NCBI GenBank assembly: GCA_044450345.1
Contig: JBIOIY010000019.1
Coordinates: 1 to 44,190 of the forward strand
DNA length: 44,190 nt
DNA from: Thermodesulfovibrionales bacterium
GTDB lineage: Bacteria > Nitrospirota > Thermodesulfovibrionia > Thermodesulfovibrionales > UBA6898
Direction: 5' to 3'
Shown here: positions 1-9,192 of the stretch, in pieces
Position numbering within the stretch: the stretch's first letter is position 1
Layout of the letters: each line of letters opens with the position of its first letter
Notes under the pieces: model-generated
What the model was told of the DNA's origin: nothing
The model's input: only the letters and a program-made list of their open reading frames with translations
Databases searched by the model: none
Program-made: the position numbers and the translations under genes

Positions 1-123
1 CTTGGGACGAATATGGGTACACCTGAGGGAATTAGCAAAGCAGAACAAATGGGTTATTTCATTTCACGGTGTCCTAACTATGTCTCTTCTTCCGTAGAGA
101 TTTTAGACAAACTTCTTGATTAG
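1..123 (+). CDS. 3' end of probable C-GCAxxG-C-C family redox protein (truncated by window)
   Basis: Frame 1 reads LGTNMGTPEGISKAEQMGYFISRCPNYVSSSVEILDKLLD*, resembling the C-terminal 'TPEG...F...CP.YV....EIL' tail of this family; TAG at 121-123. Confidence 0.55.
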   Translation, partial: LGTNMGTPEGISKAEQMGYFISRCPNYVSSSVEILDKLLD

Positions 124-283
124 ATGCGACATCTTTTGGGTCATTGTCGATAGGCACGATTATAGGTTGAAAGAAACATCCATTGAGAGCGACCGTGTCA
201 CACAAATCTTGTTTTCAAGAGGATTGGCCCTTCATTTCCAAATGAACTGCGCATTGATTGCTGTACAGTCACTCGTGCGATGT

Positions 284-450
284 ATAGGGAGAACACGACA
301 AGAGTCTGAGCCCTCGTTGCTTTTTTTTATGGGAAGTTACATTTTTGAGCGAGTCTCACGATTGCTCTTGCAGCCACAACATCGCAAATCCCCTGGCAAT
401 CAAGTGAATGATAGTTATGGGTTGAAAGAAATGCATCCGAAGAAAAATTC
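284..450. repeat. Dispersed intergenic repeat, copy 1 (copy 2 at ~13805-13970)
   Basis: Shares AGCCCTCGTTGC-T8, GTTACATTTTTGAG, an identical 25-mer TTGCTCTTGCAGCCACAACATCGCA (362-386) and GGGTTGAAAGAAA with copy 2. Confidence 0.85.
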
Positions 451-600
451 CCTACACCTCAAAGGAATTTATCAAAATCAGACGGTAGATGATAACGAGG
501 GGCTGACACATTCAGCCCATCAGTCAATGGAGAGGCATATCCTTGAAGAAGCTTACCTCCTAGCGAATATTGCTTATGACTCTTTATAGATCGAAGGACA

Positions 601-634
601 AAAAAAGCTGCCCCGGGATTGGCCGGGGGCGGCT
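601..634 (-). terminator. Rho-independent terminator of the cytochrome gene
   Basis: Minus strand AGCCGCCCCCGG-ccaat-CCCGGGGCAGCT followed by a T run, ~27 nt after the stop. Confidence 0.75.
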
Positions 635-660
635 GATTGGACAGTTCCGGAAACAATGGG

Positions 661-1572
661 TCACGGAACCGTAAAATACGTCACCCAGCGATAGAAGGTA
701 TTTCCTTGGCTACCTGTTGGCGTGACACCTAGCGTGATGATGTACGTCCCGGGCGAAAGCGAGAAGTCAAGACCCTCGAGGCCGACATTCACTCCAGATA
801 CATTAGTCTTGAAGAGGACAAGATTTTCGAATTTCTTCCGTCTGTCGTTTTCGGAATTGCCCGGCATGGCGCATCCGTTTGCTATTACCGCCTCGCCAAC
901 CGACTCTGAAAAACGCTTTGTAGTACCGTCCGGATTTACGAAGAAGATATCTTCAGAATCGATCACGGGCGCAAATCCACTAAGGGCAACATCAACAGGA
1001 CAGTCGAAGGCAGCGTTCAGTAAAATGTCGACATCGTCAGCCTGTTCAACGACGATAGCTATTGGCGCTGCTGTTGCCGGGTCTGCGCTCGGCACAGGAG
1101 ATGCCACCGGGGAAAGCATGAAGACCTGCTCAGCAGTCGGACACGGCATTGTCACAGGTGTAGGCGAAGGTGACGGTGTCGGCGTCGGTGTCGGCTTTGG
1201 CGTTGGTGTAGGCGTTGGTGTTGGTGTAGGCGTCGGTGTTGGGCAAGGACCGGTACCTGGGTTTATTCCCAAATTGATCAGTTGTCCGTTGGTGTAGCCA
1301 CTACAAATGGAAGCCGCCGCTGCTGCCTTGCTTAACGCGGCCGCAAACTGACTTTGAGTCGCATTATTTACGGTGATTCCTAAAGCGGTACCATAAGATG
1401 TAAAAGGGGCGCCACCGCCAGTGGGATTTACGTGGCAGATCGAACAACTGGGGTTTGGCAAGGCTGGATAGGTCTCTGTGAACCAGAACAAATATTCCCC
1501 AATTCCAAAGGCACTGCTGGCCCCCAGCAGAAGGCACGCACCCGTCAGTAAAACAAAAAAAGTTTTCCTCAT
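661..1572 (-). CDS. Secreted monoheme c-type cytochrome domain + Pro/Thr linker + C-terminal beta-rich domain
   Basis: Signal peptide MRKTFFVLLTGACLLLGASSAFG after RBS GGGGAG; CSICH heme motif; (PT)n linker. Confidence 0.7.
   Translation of the reverse strand: MRKTFFVLLTGACLLLGASSAFGIGEYLFWFTETYPALPNPSCSICHVNPTGGGAPFTSYGTALGITVNNATQSQFAAALSKAAAAASICSGYTNGQLINLGINPGTGPCPTPTPTPTPTPTPTPKPTPTPTPSPSPTPVTMPCPTAEQVFMLSPVASPVPSADPATAAPIAIVVEQADDVDILLNAAFDCPVDVALSGFAPVIDSEDIFFVNPDGTTKRFSESVGEAVIANGCAMPGNSENDRRKKFENLVLFKTNVSGVNVGLEGLDFSLSPGTYIITLGVTPTGSQGNTFYRWVTYFTVP
1150..1241 (-). repeat. Coding hexamer repeat encoding the (Pro-Thr)n linker
   Basis: PTPTPTPTPTPTPTPKPTPTPTPSPSPTP in the translation. 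Confidence 0.9.
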
Positions 1573-1798
1573 AACTCCCCCTTTTTGCAAATTCTTTGAG
1601 CTGATTCTTGCCTCCCCGTCACACAAGCTTTGATCTTTAGGCTACATTAAGTATATTGCTATCCGACCGACAGGACAAGCCCTCGCAAGAGAAGATAGAT
1701 GTACCGGAACGACTTTCGAGGTTTACTTAATCTCCTCTTTCTTTATGGGATCGAATCTCTGAGGACCCTTTCCTATCGCCGAGATTTCTAAATAATGA

Positions 1799-3148
1799 TC
1801 ATGATTTATTTTTTCGTATCTTCTCGATTACCTTTGCAATCCCTCCGGTAATGCTTTTTGCTCTCAGCGCCACGTTGACGCCTCCCATGTCAGACATTTC
1901 ATGGCCTTCTTCTACAGCGATAGAAGATGATTTTGACATCGATAGGACCTGGCTTGGATATACACTCCTGTGTCCGGTCATCAGGAAACTGATGACGCAT
2001 GCAACAGCTGCATAAGGGGCGACTGCGGGCCCGAAGATTTCCACTGCCATAATGCTTGCCGAGATGGGCGTATTAGCAGACCCTGCCAGAAGGCTGACCA
2101 TGCCGATAGCGGCAAAAACCGCAGGATCAAGTCCCAATGCATGACCAAAGATGTTGCCCGCCGTTGCCCCTATAAAAAAAATAGGGGTCACGATACCTCC
2201 GCTGCCCCCGAAATTAAGGGTGACAGAGGTGAAGAGCATCTTCATGAAGGAAGCCGACCACGGTATCTGCCCGCCCTCAAGAGCGGTCTCGATGGTCTCT
2301 AACCCCAGACCCAAGTAGCGGGTAGATACAAGGAAAGCCAACCCCACAATGATAATACCGCCCAAGATGCCTCTATAGGGCATGGATATCTTAATCTTAT
2401 GGCTTATGCCTTTAAGGTAATTCAATAATTCGATAAATAAAAAAGAGCAGAGACCGAAGAACAATCCGCTCAAGCATACCTTGATGAAAAAAAAGCTGCT
2501 GAAGATCGGCACAAAATTCAGTGTGTGGTGAAAATAGGTAATGCCAAGAGAAGATGAAACGTGGTACCCGACTATACCGGCAACGAACGAGGGCAGGAGA
2601 ACATCATAGAGAAGGCCTCCGACAAACAAGACTTCTACCCCGAAGATCGCGCCCGCTATGGGGGTGCCAAAGACGCTGGCAAACCCGGCGCTGATTCCGC
2701 AAATGACTAATCTCCTACGGTCTTTGTCGTCAAATCTGAGAAGGTCCGACATCGCCGACGAAAGCCCCGCCCCTATTTGGGCACAGGGGCCTTCTTTCCC
2801 TGCAGACCCTCCAAGTGCGATCGTGATGATCGTCGCAAGCAATTTGACGGGAACCACCAGGGGGTTTATCTTTCCCGAACGTTTGTGGACCGCCTCGATG
2901 ACCTTTTCAGTCCCGTGGCCTTCGGCTTCAGGGGCGAGGTACTTGACAATAATGACACTCAGAAACATCGCAAGTGGAAGGAGTACGAAGTAATATTTAT
3001 ATCCCTTCGCAAAGTCCATGCTGATGCCGAGCAACTTGAGAAAAATCGCCGTCGAGAAGCCGACGATAGTACCGGCAACAGAGGCAAGAAAAATCCATTT
3101 ACTGATACTGATAAACAAGACTGAACTTTCGAGAACTTTTTTCCTCAT
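1799..3148 (-). CDS. CLC family chloride/fluoride channel or antiporter (EriC-like)
   Basis: GHGTE, GKEGP, GGIVTP and HRSVY motifs; many TM helices; ATG start MRKKVLE chosen. Confidence 0.9.
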   Translation of the reverse strand: MRKKVLESSVLFISISKWIFLASVAGTIVGFSTAIFLKLLGISMDFAKGYKYYFVLLPLAMFLSVIIVKYLAPEAEGHGTEKVIEAVHKRSGKINPLVVPVKLLATIITIALGGSAGKEGPCAQIGAGLSSAMSDLLRFDDKDRRRLVICGISAGFASVFGTPIAGAIFGVEVLFVGGLLYDVLLPSFVAGIVGYHVSSSLGITYFHHTLNFVPIFSSFFFIKVCLSGLFFGLCSFLFIELLNYLKGISHKIKISMPYRGILGGIIIVGLAFLVSTRYLGLGLETIETALEGGQIPWSASFMKMLFTSVTLNFGGSGGIVTPIFFIGATAGNIFGHALGLDPAVFAAIGMVSLLAGSANTPISASIMAVEIFGPAVAPYAAVACVISFLMTGHRSVYPSQVLSMSKSSSIAVEEGHEMSDMGGVNVALRAKSITGGIAKVIEKIRKNKS

Positions 3149-3186
3149 ATCCGTAAATCTCCACCGTTCAACTGACGAAACATAGA

Positions 3187-3246
3187 AAGAAGGGCGCAGG
3201 TCAGACCAACAACATGACGGGTGATGACCGGCTGCCTGCGCCCTCT
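3187..3246 (-). terminator. Long hairpin/terminator between pal and the CLC gene
   Basis: AGGGCGCAGG...CCTGCGCCCT followed by TCTTTCT on the minus strand. Confidence 0.5.
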
Positions 3247-3288
3247 GCAAAATTGCTTCACCTAGAATCAGTCACATAGCATCGGGTA

Positions 3289-3855
3289 TCAGCGTTTGAT
3301 GCTGTCCAGAACAAAATGGTCTCTTCTGTTTTTTGCCCAGCATACCTCGTTGCTTTCAGTGCAGAGCGGTTTTTCCTCGCCATAACTTACTGTATCCATT
3401 CTGCCAGATTGTATCCCCAGTGATAAGAGAAAGTCCTTGGCTGCCTTTGCCCTTCTGTCCCCCAGGGCTAAATTGTACTCACTAGTCCCTCTTTCATCGC
3501 AATTTCCTTCAATGGTTACTTTCAGGTTGCCATTTTTCCTGAGCGTGTCGGCAACTTGCTTAAGTATCAGTTTGTCGTTGTTCATTATGATATATCTGTC
3601 AAAATCGAAATGAATGTCCTTCATCTTTGCCTGCATTTCCCTTATAAGACGAAGAGAATCCAGATCAGCTGTTTTTGTGGCCTCTTTTGACGCAACAGTC
3701 TCCTGCGACATTTTCTTCTCCGCCACTTTATCCTTAATCTGCTCCTGTTGTGTAGCTTTTTGTTGAGGCTGACTAGTTTCTTTTACAACGCCTTTGCTCG
3801 CACATCCTGAAACAAAAAGCCCTGCTATCATTAAAGTTGAAAATATCTTTTTCAT
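3289..3855 (-). CDS. pal: Peptidoglycan-associated lipoprotein (OmpA-like domain)
   Basis: Lipobox VSGC; IHFDFD, IEGNCDERGTSEYNLALGDRRA, VSYGEEKP, KNRRD motifs; RBS GGAGG. Confidence 0.9.
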   Translation of the reverse strand: MKKIFSTLMIAGLFVSGCASKGVVKETSQPQQKATQQEQIKDKVAEKKMSQETVASKEATKTADLDSLRLIREMQAKMKDIHFDFDRYIIMNNDKLILKQVADTLRKNGNLKVTIEGNCDERGTSEYNLALGDRRAKAAKDFLLSLGIQSGRMDTVSYGEEKPLCTESNEVCWAKNRRDHFVLDSIKR

Positions 3856-3983
3856 TTTGCCTCCCTTGTTATTTAACGGCAATGGACATTAAGAAAACCT
3901 GTCATCAATTGCAAAGTAAAGATCCAAAGTATCGAAATTCTTCTCTGTGTCAGATAAGATCTTCTAATGCAAAAAAGGCGGGA

Positions 3984-4460
3984 TCAGCTTATGCGAAACG
4001 GAGGGGCAGGACCTGAATGCAGGAGATTAACCCCCCATATGGAGTTTCCTCTATCGGAAGAGACGAGCAGCCTTGATGAAGAATTATCAAAGAATCGAGC
4101 GATATGCCCAAATAACAGTAATTTTGTCGGGGGTGCAAACTTTACACTGGCATTTTCAGGTAGGATTGCCCGGGCCTTCCTGATGAGGACCCTGACTGTC
4201 GAATTGGCGTGATCAATTTCCTTTGTTGGATCTATTTTGGCGCAAATTACTTCCAGCAAAAAGATATTAAGATTATTCAAGGAGGCAGACACACCGGTTG
4301 CATCACCACTCCTGTCAATTATTTTCTTACCACTATAGGTATAGGAAAGCGGAGATATTGCGTAGACAACAAAATAGATAAGGAGCAGGAAACTTAAAAT
4401 TACTTGTTTATCTTTTTTAAAGCTTGTACTTACAAATATCTGAGAAATCATCAAATTCAT
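3984..4460 (-). CDS. Hypothetical protein with N-terminal TM helix and C-terminal HSGPAPP motif
   Basis: 158-aa ORF starting 2 nt after the vapC stop; hydrophobic N-terminal segment. Confidence 0.55.
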   Translation of the reverse strand: MNLMISQIFVSTSFKKDKQVILSFLLLIYFVVYAISPLSYTYSGKKIIDRSGDATGVSASLNNLNIFLLEVICAKIDPTKEIDHANSTVRVLIRKARAILPENASVKFAPPTKLLLFGHIARFFDNSSSRLLVSSDRGNSIWGVNLLHSGPAPPFRIS

Positions 4461-4462
4461 TG

Positions 4463-4930
4463 TCAGCCTAGGGGCAAAACCTTTAATCCCTCAGTATGCG
4501 CCGCCTTGCAAAGTGCTAAGTCAGAAGATGAGAAGAAGAGAGAGATATCGCCTTCGTCTTTGTAAGTTGTCTTGAATAGCGGCAAAAGCTTGCGCTGCTC
4601 TTTCTTTATAAGCTTCGCAGAGGAAAGCTGAATGGCACCGAAACGGGTTAATCCATATTTATTAATAAATGTGCCTGCCTCGACGTCATTGAAATCCACT
4701 TTAACGAAATGAGCCCAATCCTGGGAAAATTGCTTGATAAACATTTCGTAGTCTTTCTTCGATATGTCGTCGTTCTTAAATCGCAGATCTAATGCGGACA
4801 TCACCTCGGTAAAAGCAATCCTGCATGTCGCCAGCATCTCAGCCACTTTGGCCCAATCCCGTATTACATTTGAATATGGTTCATCAACGTAGAACTTTAC
4901 CAGACTACTTGTGCCGAGATACAGAATCAT
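4463..4930 (-). CDS. vapC: PIN-domain VapC-like toxin (catalytic Asp residues replaced)
   Basis: MILYLGTSSLVK..Y..E, TEVMSAL, GAIQLSSA, FSSSD..L pattern; overlaps the antitoxin stop (ATGA). Confidence 0.8.
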   Translation of the reverse strand: MILYLGTSSLVKFYVDEPYSNVIRDWAKVAEMLATCRIAFTEVMSALDLRFKNDDISKKDYEMFIKQFSQDWAHFVKVDFNDVEAGTFINKYGLTRFGAIQLSSAKLIKKEQRKLLPLFKTTYKDEGDISLFFSSSDLALCKAAHTEGLKVLPLG

Positions 4931-5208
4931 TGGCGTTCTTCAAGGATGGTCTCTGACAAGGATTTTCCCTTAATGGCGACACCTTCGATGCCTTTCGGCT
5001 TTTCACCTGACCACTGGGCCAACCCTGACTTCTCAAGCGATTTGACTACCATTCTTTCTCTGGAAATGGGCAGTATCATTGCGACCTCTTGGCCGTGATC
5101 CGTGACGATAGCATGTTCGCCGCGACGAACTCTTTCCACATAACTGCTTAATTTGTCTTTTAATTCCTTGATGCCTACTGAAGTGAAGTGGCCTTTTTCA
5201 CGTATCAT
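4927..5208 (-). CDS. Phd/YefM family antitoxin
   Basis: VGIKELKDKLSSYVERVRRGEHAIVTDHGQEVA, C-terminal SLSETILEER. Confidence 0.9.
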   Translation of the reverse strand: MIREKGHFTSVGIKELKDKLSSYVERVRRGEHAIVTDHGQEVAMILPISRERMVVKSLEKSGLAQWSGEKPKGIEGVAIKGKSLSETILEERQ

Positions 5209-5247
5209 TCTGGCTACAATATAACTGCGTTCTGGCTACAATGTCAA
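5208..5247 (-). promoter_or_regulatory. Sigma70-type promoter with tandem operator repeats for the TA operon
   Basis: TTGACA-18-TATATT; two exact 13-bp repeats TTCTGGCTACAAT (5208-5220, 5230-5242); ATG 9 nt after the -10 box. Confidence 0.75.
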
Positions 5248-5361
5248 TATGCCCAAATAATTTCTTCATATTGCAGCGAGAGCATGAAGCCCCACAATTC
5301 GCCTGCTAAAAACGGCAGAGAACATTTCGTGAGATACTGGCGGGCACTTAAATGTCCGCTT

Positions 5362-6600
5362 TCATCCTTCTTCTAGCAGCCCCAGCTTTCCCGCCAGCCA
5401 TTTTGTTGTGGTGGCCTGAATAAGGATGGTCATAAGGATGACGATGAAGGTAACGGCGGCAATCGTCTGGGCTCCGGGCACTTTCCTTCCAAGCAACAAT
5501 CCGGCAAGTGCTGCCGGGATGACGCCGGTCTCTCTCGTCCAGCACATAAAGAGCAGCTCGTTAAAGCTCCATTTGGCGCGCCTGTCGGGAAGGGAGCATA
5601 GAAAGACGGTAGTTGGCCTCGCAACGAGCATAAACAGTAAAGTAATGATGATTCCGCCAAACAGGAATTTACTCATAAGGCCGAAATCCACCTGCGACCC
5701 TAAAAGGATGAATATGAACATCCTCATGATCATCGCCGTTCTGGCAACATACTCTTCCAGTTTTTCCTTCTCTTCCAGCTTCATCTGAAAGCCGAAGGTT
5801 CTCTTGTTGCCAAGCATTATGCCGAATACAAAGACCGCCGTGAAGCCGCTGGCCTGCAGGTCCTCTGCACCAAGATAGGTCCCGACAACAGCCATCATCG
5901 TTATGACAGGGGCATATTTGGCCAGGAAGTCATACTTTTCATGGGCGATAAGCAGCAAGGCGAGATACCCCATTACCAGCCCTATAATAATCCCTACAAC
6001 GGACTGCTCCAAAAGGTTCAACAGGGATGTACTCAGTGAAAAACCCGCTGAGCCCGCGGCAACGGACAAGATCGCAAACGTTATGACGGAGCCCGTTGCG
6101 TCATTAAATGCCGATTCGCTGATCAGCGCTTGGGAAACCCTCTCCTTTATTCTGACTTGGCGGAAAATAGGTATTATCGTCGCAGGGTCGGTAGGAGCAA
6201 CGGCCGCTCCAAGCAGCATGGACGTTATCAGAGGGAGTCCCAGGACATAATGCGAAGCGAGGCCGGTAACTGCCGTCATGACGAGGACCCCGAAAGTGGA
6301 AAGAGCCGCCAGTGTGATCCAGATTTTTTTCAGGACCTTTAACCTGACCGAAGCACCACCGTCAAAGAGGATATAGCAGGCGCCGAAGATGAGTATGATC
6401 TGATTAAGTGCAGTTCCGGCGGGAACGCGCAATAACCCCGTCACTTCGGGTCCTAAAAGTATGCCGGCTACCAGGTACAGCGCCACGTCGGGAAGGTTCA
6501 TCTTTTGCGACAGGAATCCGGAAATAGCTCCCGCCGCGAGAACGACGGCAAAAGAAAGCAGCAGATGTTTGGCGATTTCAAAACTGATCGCAGATTCCAT
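5362..6600 (-). CDS. CPA1 cation/H+ antiporter (NhaP/CvrA-like)
   Basis: APTDPA, ESAFNDATG, ARP, RETGVIPAALA motifs; multi-TM protein; start MESAISF chosen. Confidence 0.9.
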   Translation of the reverse strand: MESAISFEIAKHLLLSFAVVLAAGAISGFLSQKMNLPDVALYLVAGILLGPEVTGLLRVPAGTALNQIILIFGACYILFDGGASVRLKVLKKIWITLAALSTFGVLVMTAVTGLASHYVLGLPLITSMLLGAAVAPTDPATIIPIFRQVRIKERVSQALISESAFNDATGSVITFAILSVAAGSAGFSLSTSLLNLLEQSVVGIIIGLVMGYLALLLIAHEKYDFLAKYAPVITMMAVVGTYLGAEDLQASGFTAVFVFGIMLGNKRTFGFQMKLEEKEKLEEYVARTAMIMRMFIFILLGSQVDFGLMSKFLFGGIIITLLFMLVARPTTVFLCSLPDRRAKWSFNELLFMCWTRETGVIPAALAGLLLGRKVPGAQTIAAVTFIVILMTILIQATTTKWLAGKLGLLEEG

Positions 6601-7240
6601 GCACCTTCTCCCGGAAGTTTTATCAATTATAACAAAATACCTGCTTTGGCAGAGGGTATCTTGGGAGCATGCTTCGCCCATCTTCGGCTTAAGAGGATAC
6701 TTTCAGCCTTTCAGATATTTATTCCTGTCTAACGCCCGCTGCAAGTCCACCAACGAACTCTATTTTGACAGGGTAGCAGTTATCATTTGGAAACTATGGT
6801 CCGCTCAATTGTGGCTGTTTCGTTCGTCGGTGGACTTGAGATCGCCCCGCTCGAAATTCGTTCTTTTGAAACGAAGTGCGAAATGCACCTTTCGGACCGA
6901 AACTCGCATTTGAAAAGAGGTTCTGGCGGCGTTTAGTATAGGGAGAAATGAACATCGGCTCTCATCTCTCAAAAGTGTTGAGTAGGATCGGCATTCCTCA
7001 GATATCAAAAAGTGAAACTCGTTTGGGAGGAAGGAGTTATACTCGGTTAACTGGTCGCGATGGTCTTACTTTCAAATGGATTAATTTGCAATCATACAGT
7101 CTGGCTGGTGGAGTCCTGACTTTTACACCCTATACTTCCAAATTTATTCTCCGGCACGCTCATAATAGCTTCGGCTAAAACACGGAAGGCATTGCGGGTC
7201 GTAGCAATTCACAGAGTTAGGCCCCATGAGAAATCCGCCA

Positions 7241-8134
7241 TCAGTGAATGAACTTGTAAAGCCCATATCCTGCTGCCGCACCGACGAAGAGGCTGATCGC
7301 AATAAGGATAACCCCGGCGATTCGCGGCAACAGAGTGTTCTTCCCTGTCTCCATCTGAACACATGGAGCGACCTGCGTGGCGTCCCTCCTTTCGGCTTTT
7401 CGGGATACGGACACATCGACATGCTGACCGCCTTCTCCAATCAGTAGTCTGTTTTCAGAAGCAGACAGCGGAAACGCGGCTAGAGCAGCTTGCGCAATCT
7501 GTTTCAATTCCTCGAACTGTTCGTTATATGCTTTCTCGCGTTCCGACCAGTCCTGGAAGGCATGCGTAAGTTGCTCCTCCAACTGCTTCAGCCGATCCGC
7601 AGTTCGCACGGTCGAACGTTCGCCCGTCGCACATTCCGCCTTCAACCGTTCAAATCCCGACGCCAGCACCCGGTTCTCTGCCGTGAGGTTTTCGGCGAGT
7701 GTCTTAAGAGTTTCCATCTCGCTTTGTAGTCTTGCCACAAGTATGTGGAGGCTATTCACCTCTTCAGCTGTGGCCGAAGCAACAGCCTTTTCCTGTTCGA
7801 CGATCTCAGTTAACTTCTCAGTTTGAACGTTCAGATTTTCCACCTCAGCTGTATCCGAATCTTCAAAACTCATTGAAGTGTCGCTGTCATTTGACTGTCT
7901 TTTTTGAAGTTCCCCTTCAAGAGACGTGATTCTCGCCTGATCCTCTCCCAGTTGCCTCTCCAACTCTCCAATTCCGGCACCCGTTGCATATTTTTCCTGC
8001 AACCCCGTTGCACCACTGCTATATTTTCGTACGGCACGGCTTAAAGAACCTTTGTTCAAGCCTCGTTGCAAGGCGAATGCACTCATGCTGAGTCCTGATA
8101 ATTCGTATTCCTTAACCGCTGTCTCCCAATCCAT
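7241..8134 (-). CDS. HTH + coiled-coil + C-terminal membrane-anchor protein (mobile-element associated)
   Basis: N-terminal WETAVKEYELSGLSMSAFALQRGLNKGSL HTH-like segment, long heptad region, C-terminal hydrophobic helix; RBS AGGAG. Confidence 0.7.
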   Translation of the reverse strand: MDWETAVKEYELSGLSMSAFALQRGLNKGSLSRAVRKYSSGATGLQEKYATGAGIGELERQLGEDQARITSLEGELQKRQSNDSDTSMSFEDSDTAEVENLNVQTEKLTEIVEQEKAVASATAEEVNSLHILVARLQSEMETLKTLAENLTAENRVLASGFERLKAECATGERSTVRTADRLKQLEEQLTHAFQDWSEREKAYNEQFEELKQIAQAALAAFPLSASENRLLIGEGGQHVDVSVSRKAERRDATQVAPCVQMETGKNTLLPRIAGVILIAISLFVGAAAGYGLYKFIH

Positions 8135-8362
8135 TCAACACTCCTGGTTCAATTCTGTCATTACAACCTCTGCGATCCGCAGTGAATGTTCCTTACGCAA
8201 CCGTTGCACTTCTTCTCTGCGAAGCCTGCAACAAGTTGGTGTTACCACCTTGCAACACTTAGGCAACTCCGTTACTCGCGTCCGTTTATCTATACTCCAC
8301 TTTCTCCCACACCCTGTACTCTTCCATGGCACAGTCAACCCTTGTAACCCCCACTCGTTGCA
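7983..8362. repeat. Cluster of TGCAAC/GTTGCA hexamers
   Basis: Exact copies at 7983, 7998, 8007, 8065, 8203, 8227, 8251, 8357; near-copies at 8196, 8262, 8343. Confidence 0.75.
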
Positions 8363-8391
8363 AAGAAATCAGTCATGACTATACCCTTTCT

Positions 8392-9162
8392 CTAATGCTT
8401 TTCAAGATGTTCCACTTCACGACAGAGATATTCCCAGCAGTTTCCCTTTGCCAAAAACCATTTCCCCGTGAAGAAACCCTCTTTTTTGACTTTTTCGAAC
8501 GTGTTCGCATAAACAGTCTTATTGCGATACAGTCTTGCGGCATACTTGCAAAGTAGTGTCATTCTTGCCAGGGTATTCGATACAATAAGAGTCACATTTT
8601 CGAAGGAATTCATTTTTGACAGAAAATCGCGTCTGCTGATTGTCCCACAGTCGACTTCCACATCATATGTTTTAGGGCCAGCTGGTGTTACGATGCCGAT
8701 CTTGAAATCCGGATAGCACAAATTTTTTCTTGGTCTAGTTGTGGCTTTCATGCAATGTTCAAGAAGAAAGAAATCGATTTCATACCCCCTCTTTTCTTCT
8801 ACCGCATCGACGACTATCCTAATCAGTCCGGCTACCATCAAATCATGGAAAATATCAGCATCCTTAGGGCAGTGACTCCAAACATTGGAAACCTCCCGGC
8901 CCAGCAAATCTGCGGCATGACGGCCACCTTTTTTATCCAATAAATATACAGTTGCGTTCACACGTGGACTCACTCTCGATATAAGAAAGCCTTCTTCCTC
9001 AAGCTTGTGAAGACGCTTTGTCATAACCCGCCTTCTCGTTTTTGAATTTGCTCTGTTCTTCGCAAAAAAAGTCTCGTAAATAGAATGGTCCGTCGCCGGC
9101 CCTTGGGCGAGGAAGCACATAATGGCCGAATCTCTTGGCGTCAAAAACAATCCTCTTCTCAT
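8392..9162 (-). CDS. Replication-relaxation family protein (wHTH + PD-(D/E)xK-like domain)
   Basis: LTPRD..I..FL, KRLHKL...GFL, YLL...G, HDLMV, YPD...VEVDCGT motif order. Confidence 0.7.
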   Translation of the reverse strand: MRRGLFLTPRDSAIMCFLAQGPATDHSIYETFFAKNRANSKTRRRVMTKRLHKLEEEGFLISRVSPRVNATVYLLDKKGGRHAADLLGREVSNVWSHCPKDADIFHDLMVAGLIRIVVDAVEEKRGYEIDFFLLEHCMKATTRPRKNLCYPDFKIGIVTPAGPKTYDVEVDCGTISRRDFLSKMNSFENVTLIVSNTLARMTLLCKYAARLYRNKTVYANTFEKVKKEGFFTGKWFLAKGNCWEYLCREVEHLEKH

Positions 9163-9192
9163 ACTTTCCCCTCTCTTTTTTTTCTGGGCGTG

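Noticed and set aside
116..589. 157-aa ORF
   Set aside because: TTG start, no motifs, overlaps the preceding gene end and runs through the intergenic repeat and its T tract
3149..3290. Fluoride riboswitch upstream of the CLC gene
   Set aside because: The GGCGATGG..TTCGCC / GCT(A/G)ATGAC consensus was not found
6948..7178. Serine-recombinase C-terminal remnant
   Set aside because: Resemblance too faint to support without a search
8135..8338. 67-aa Cys-rich ORF
   Set aside because: Its composition is explained by the TGCAAC repeat array; coding status unsupported, though not excluded
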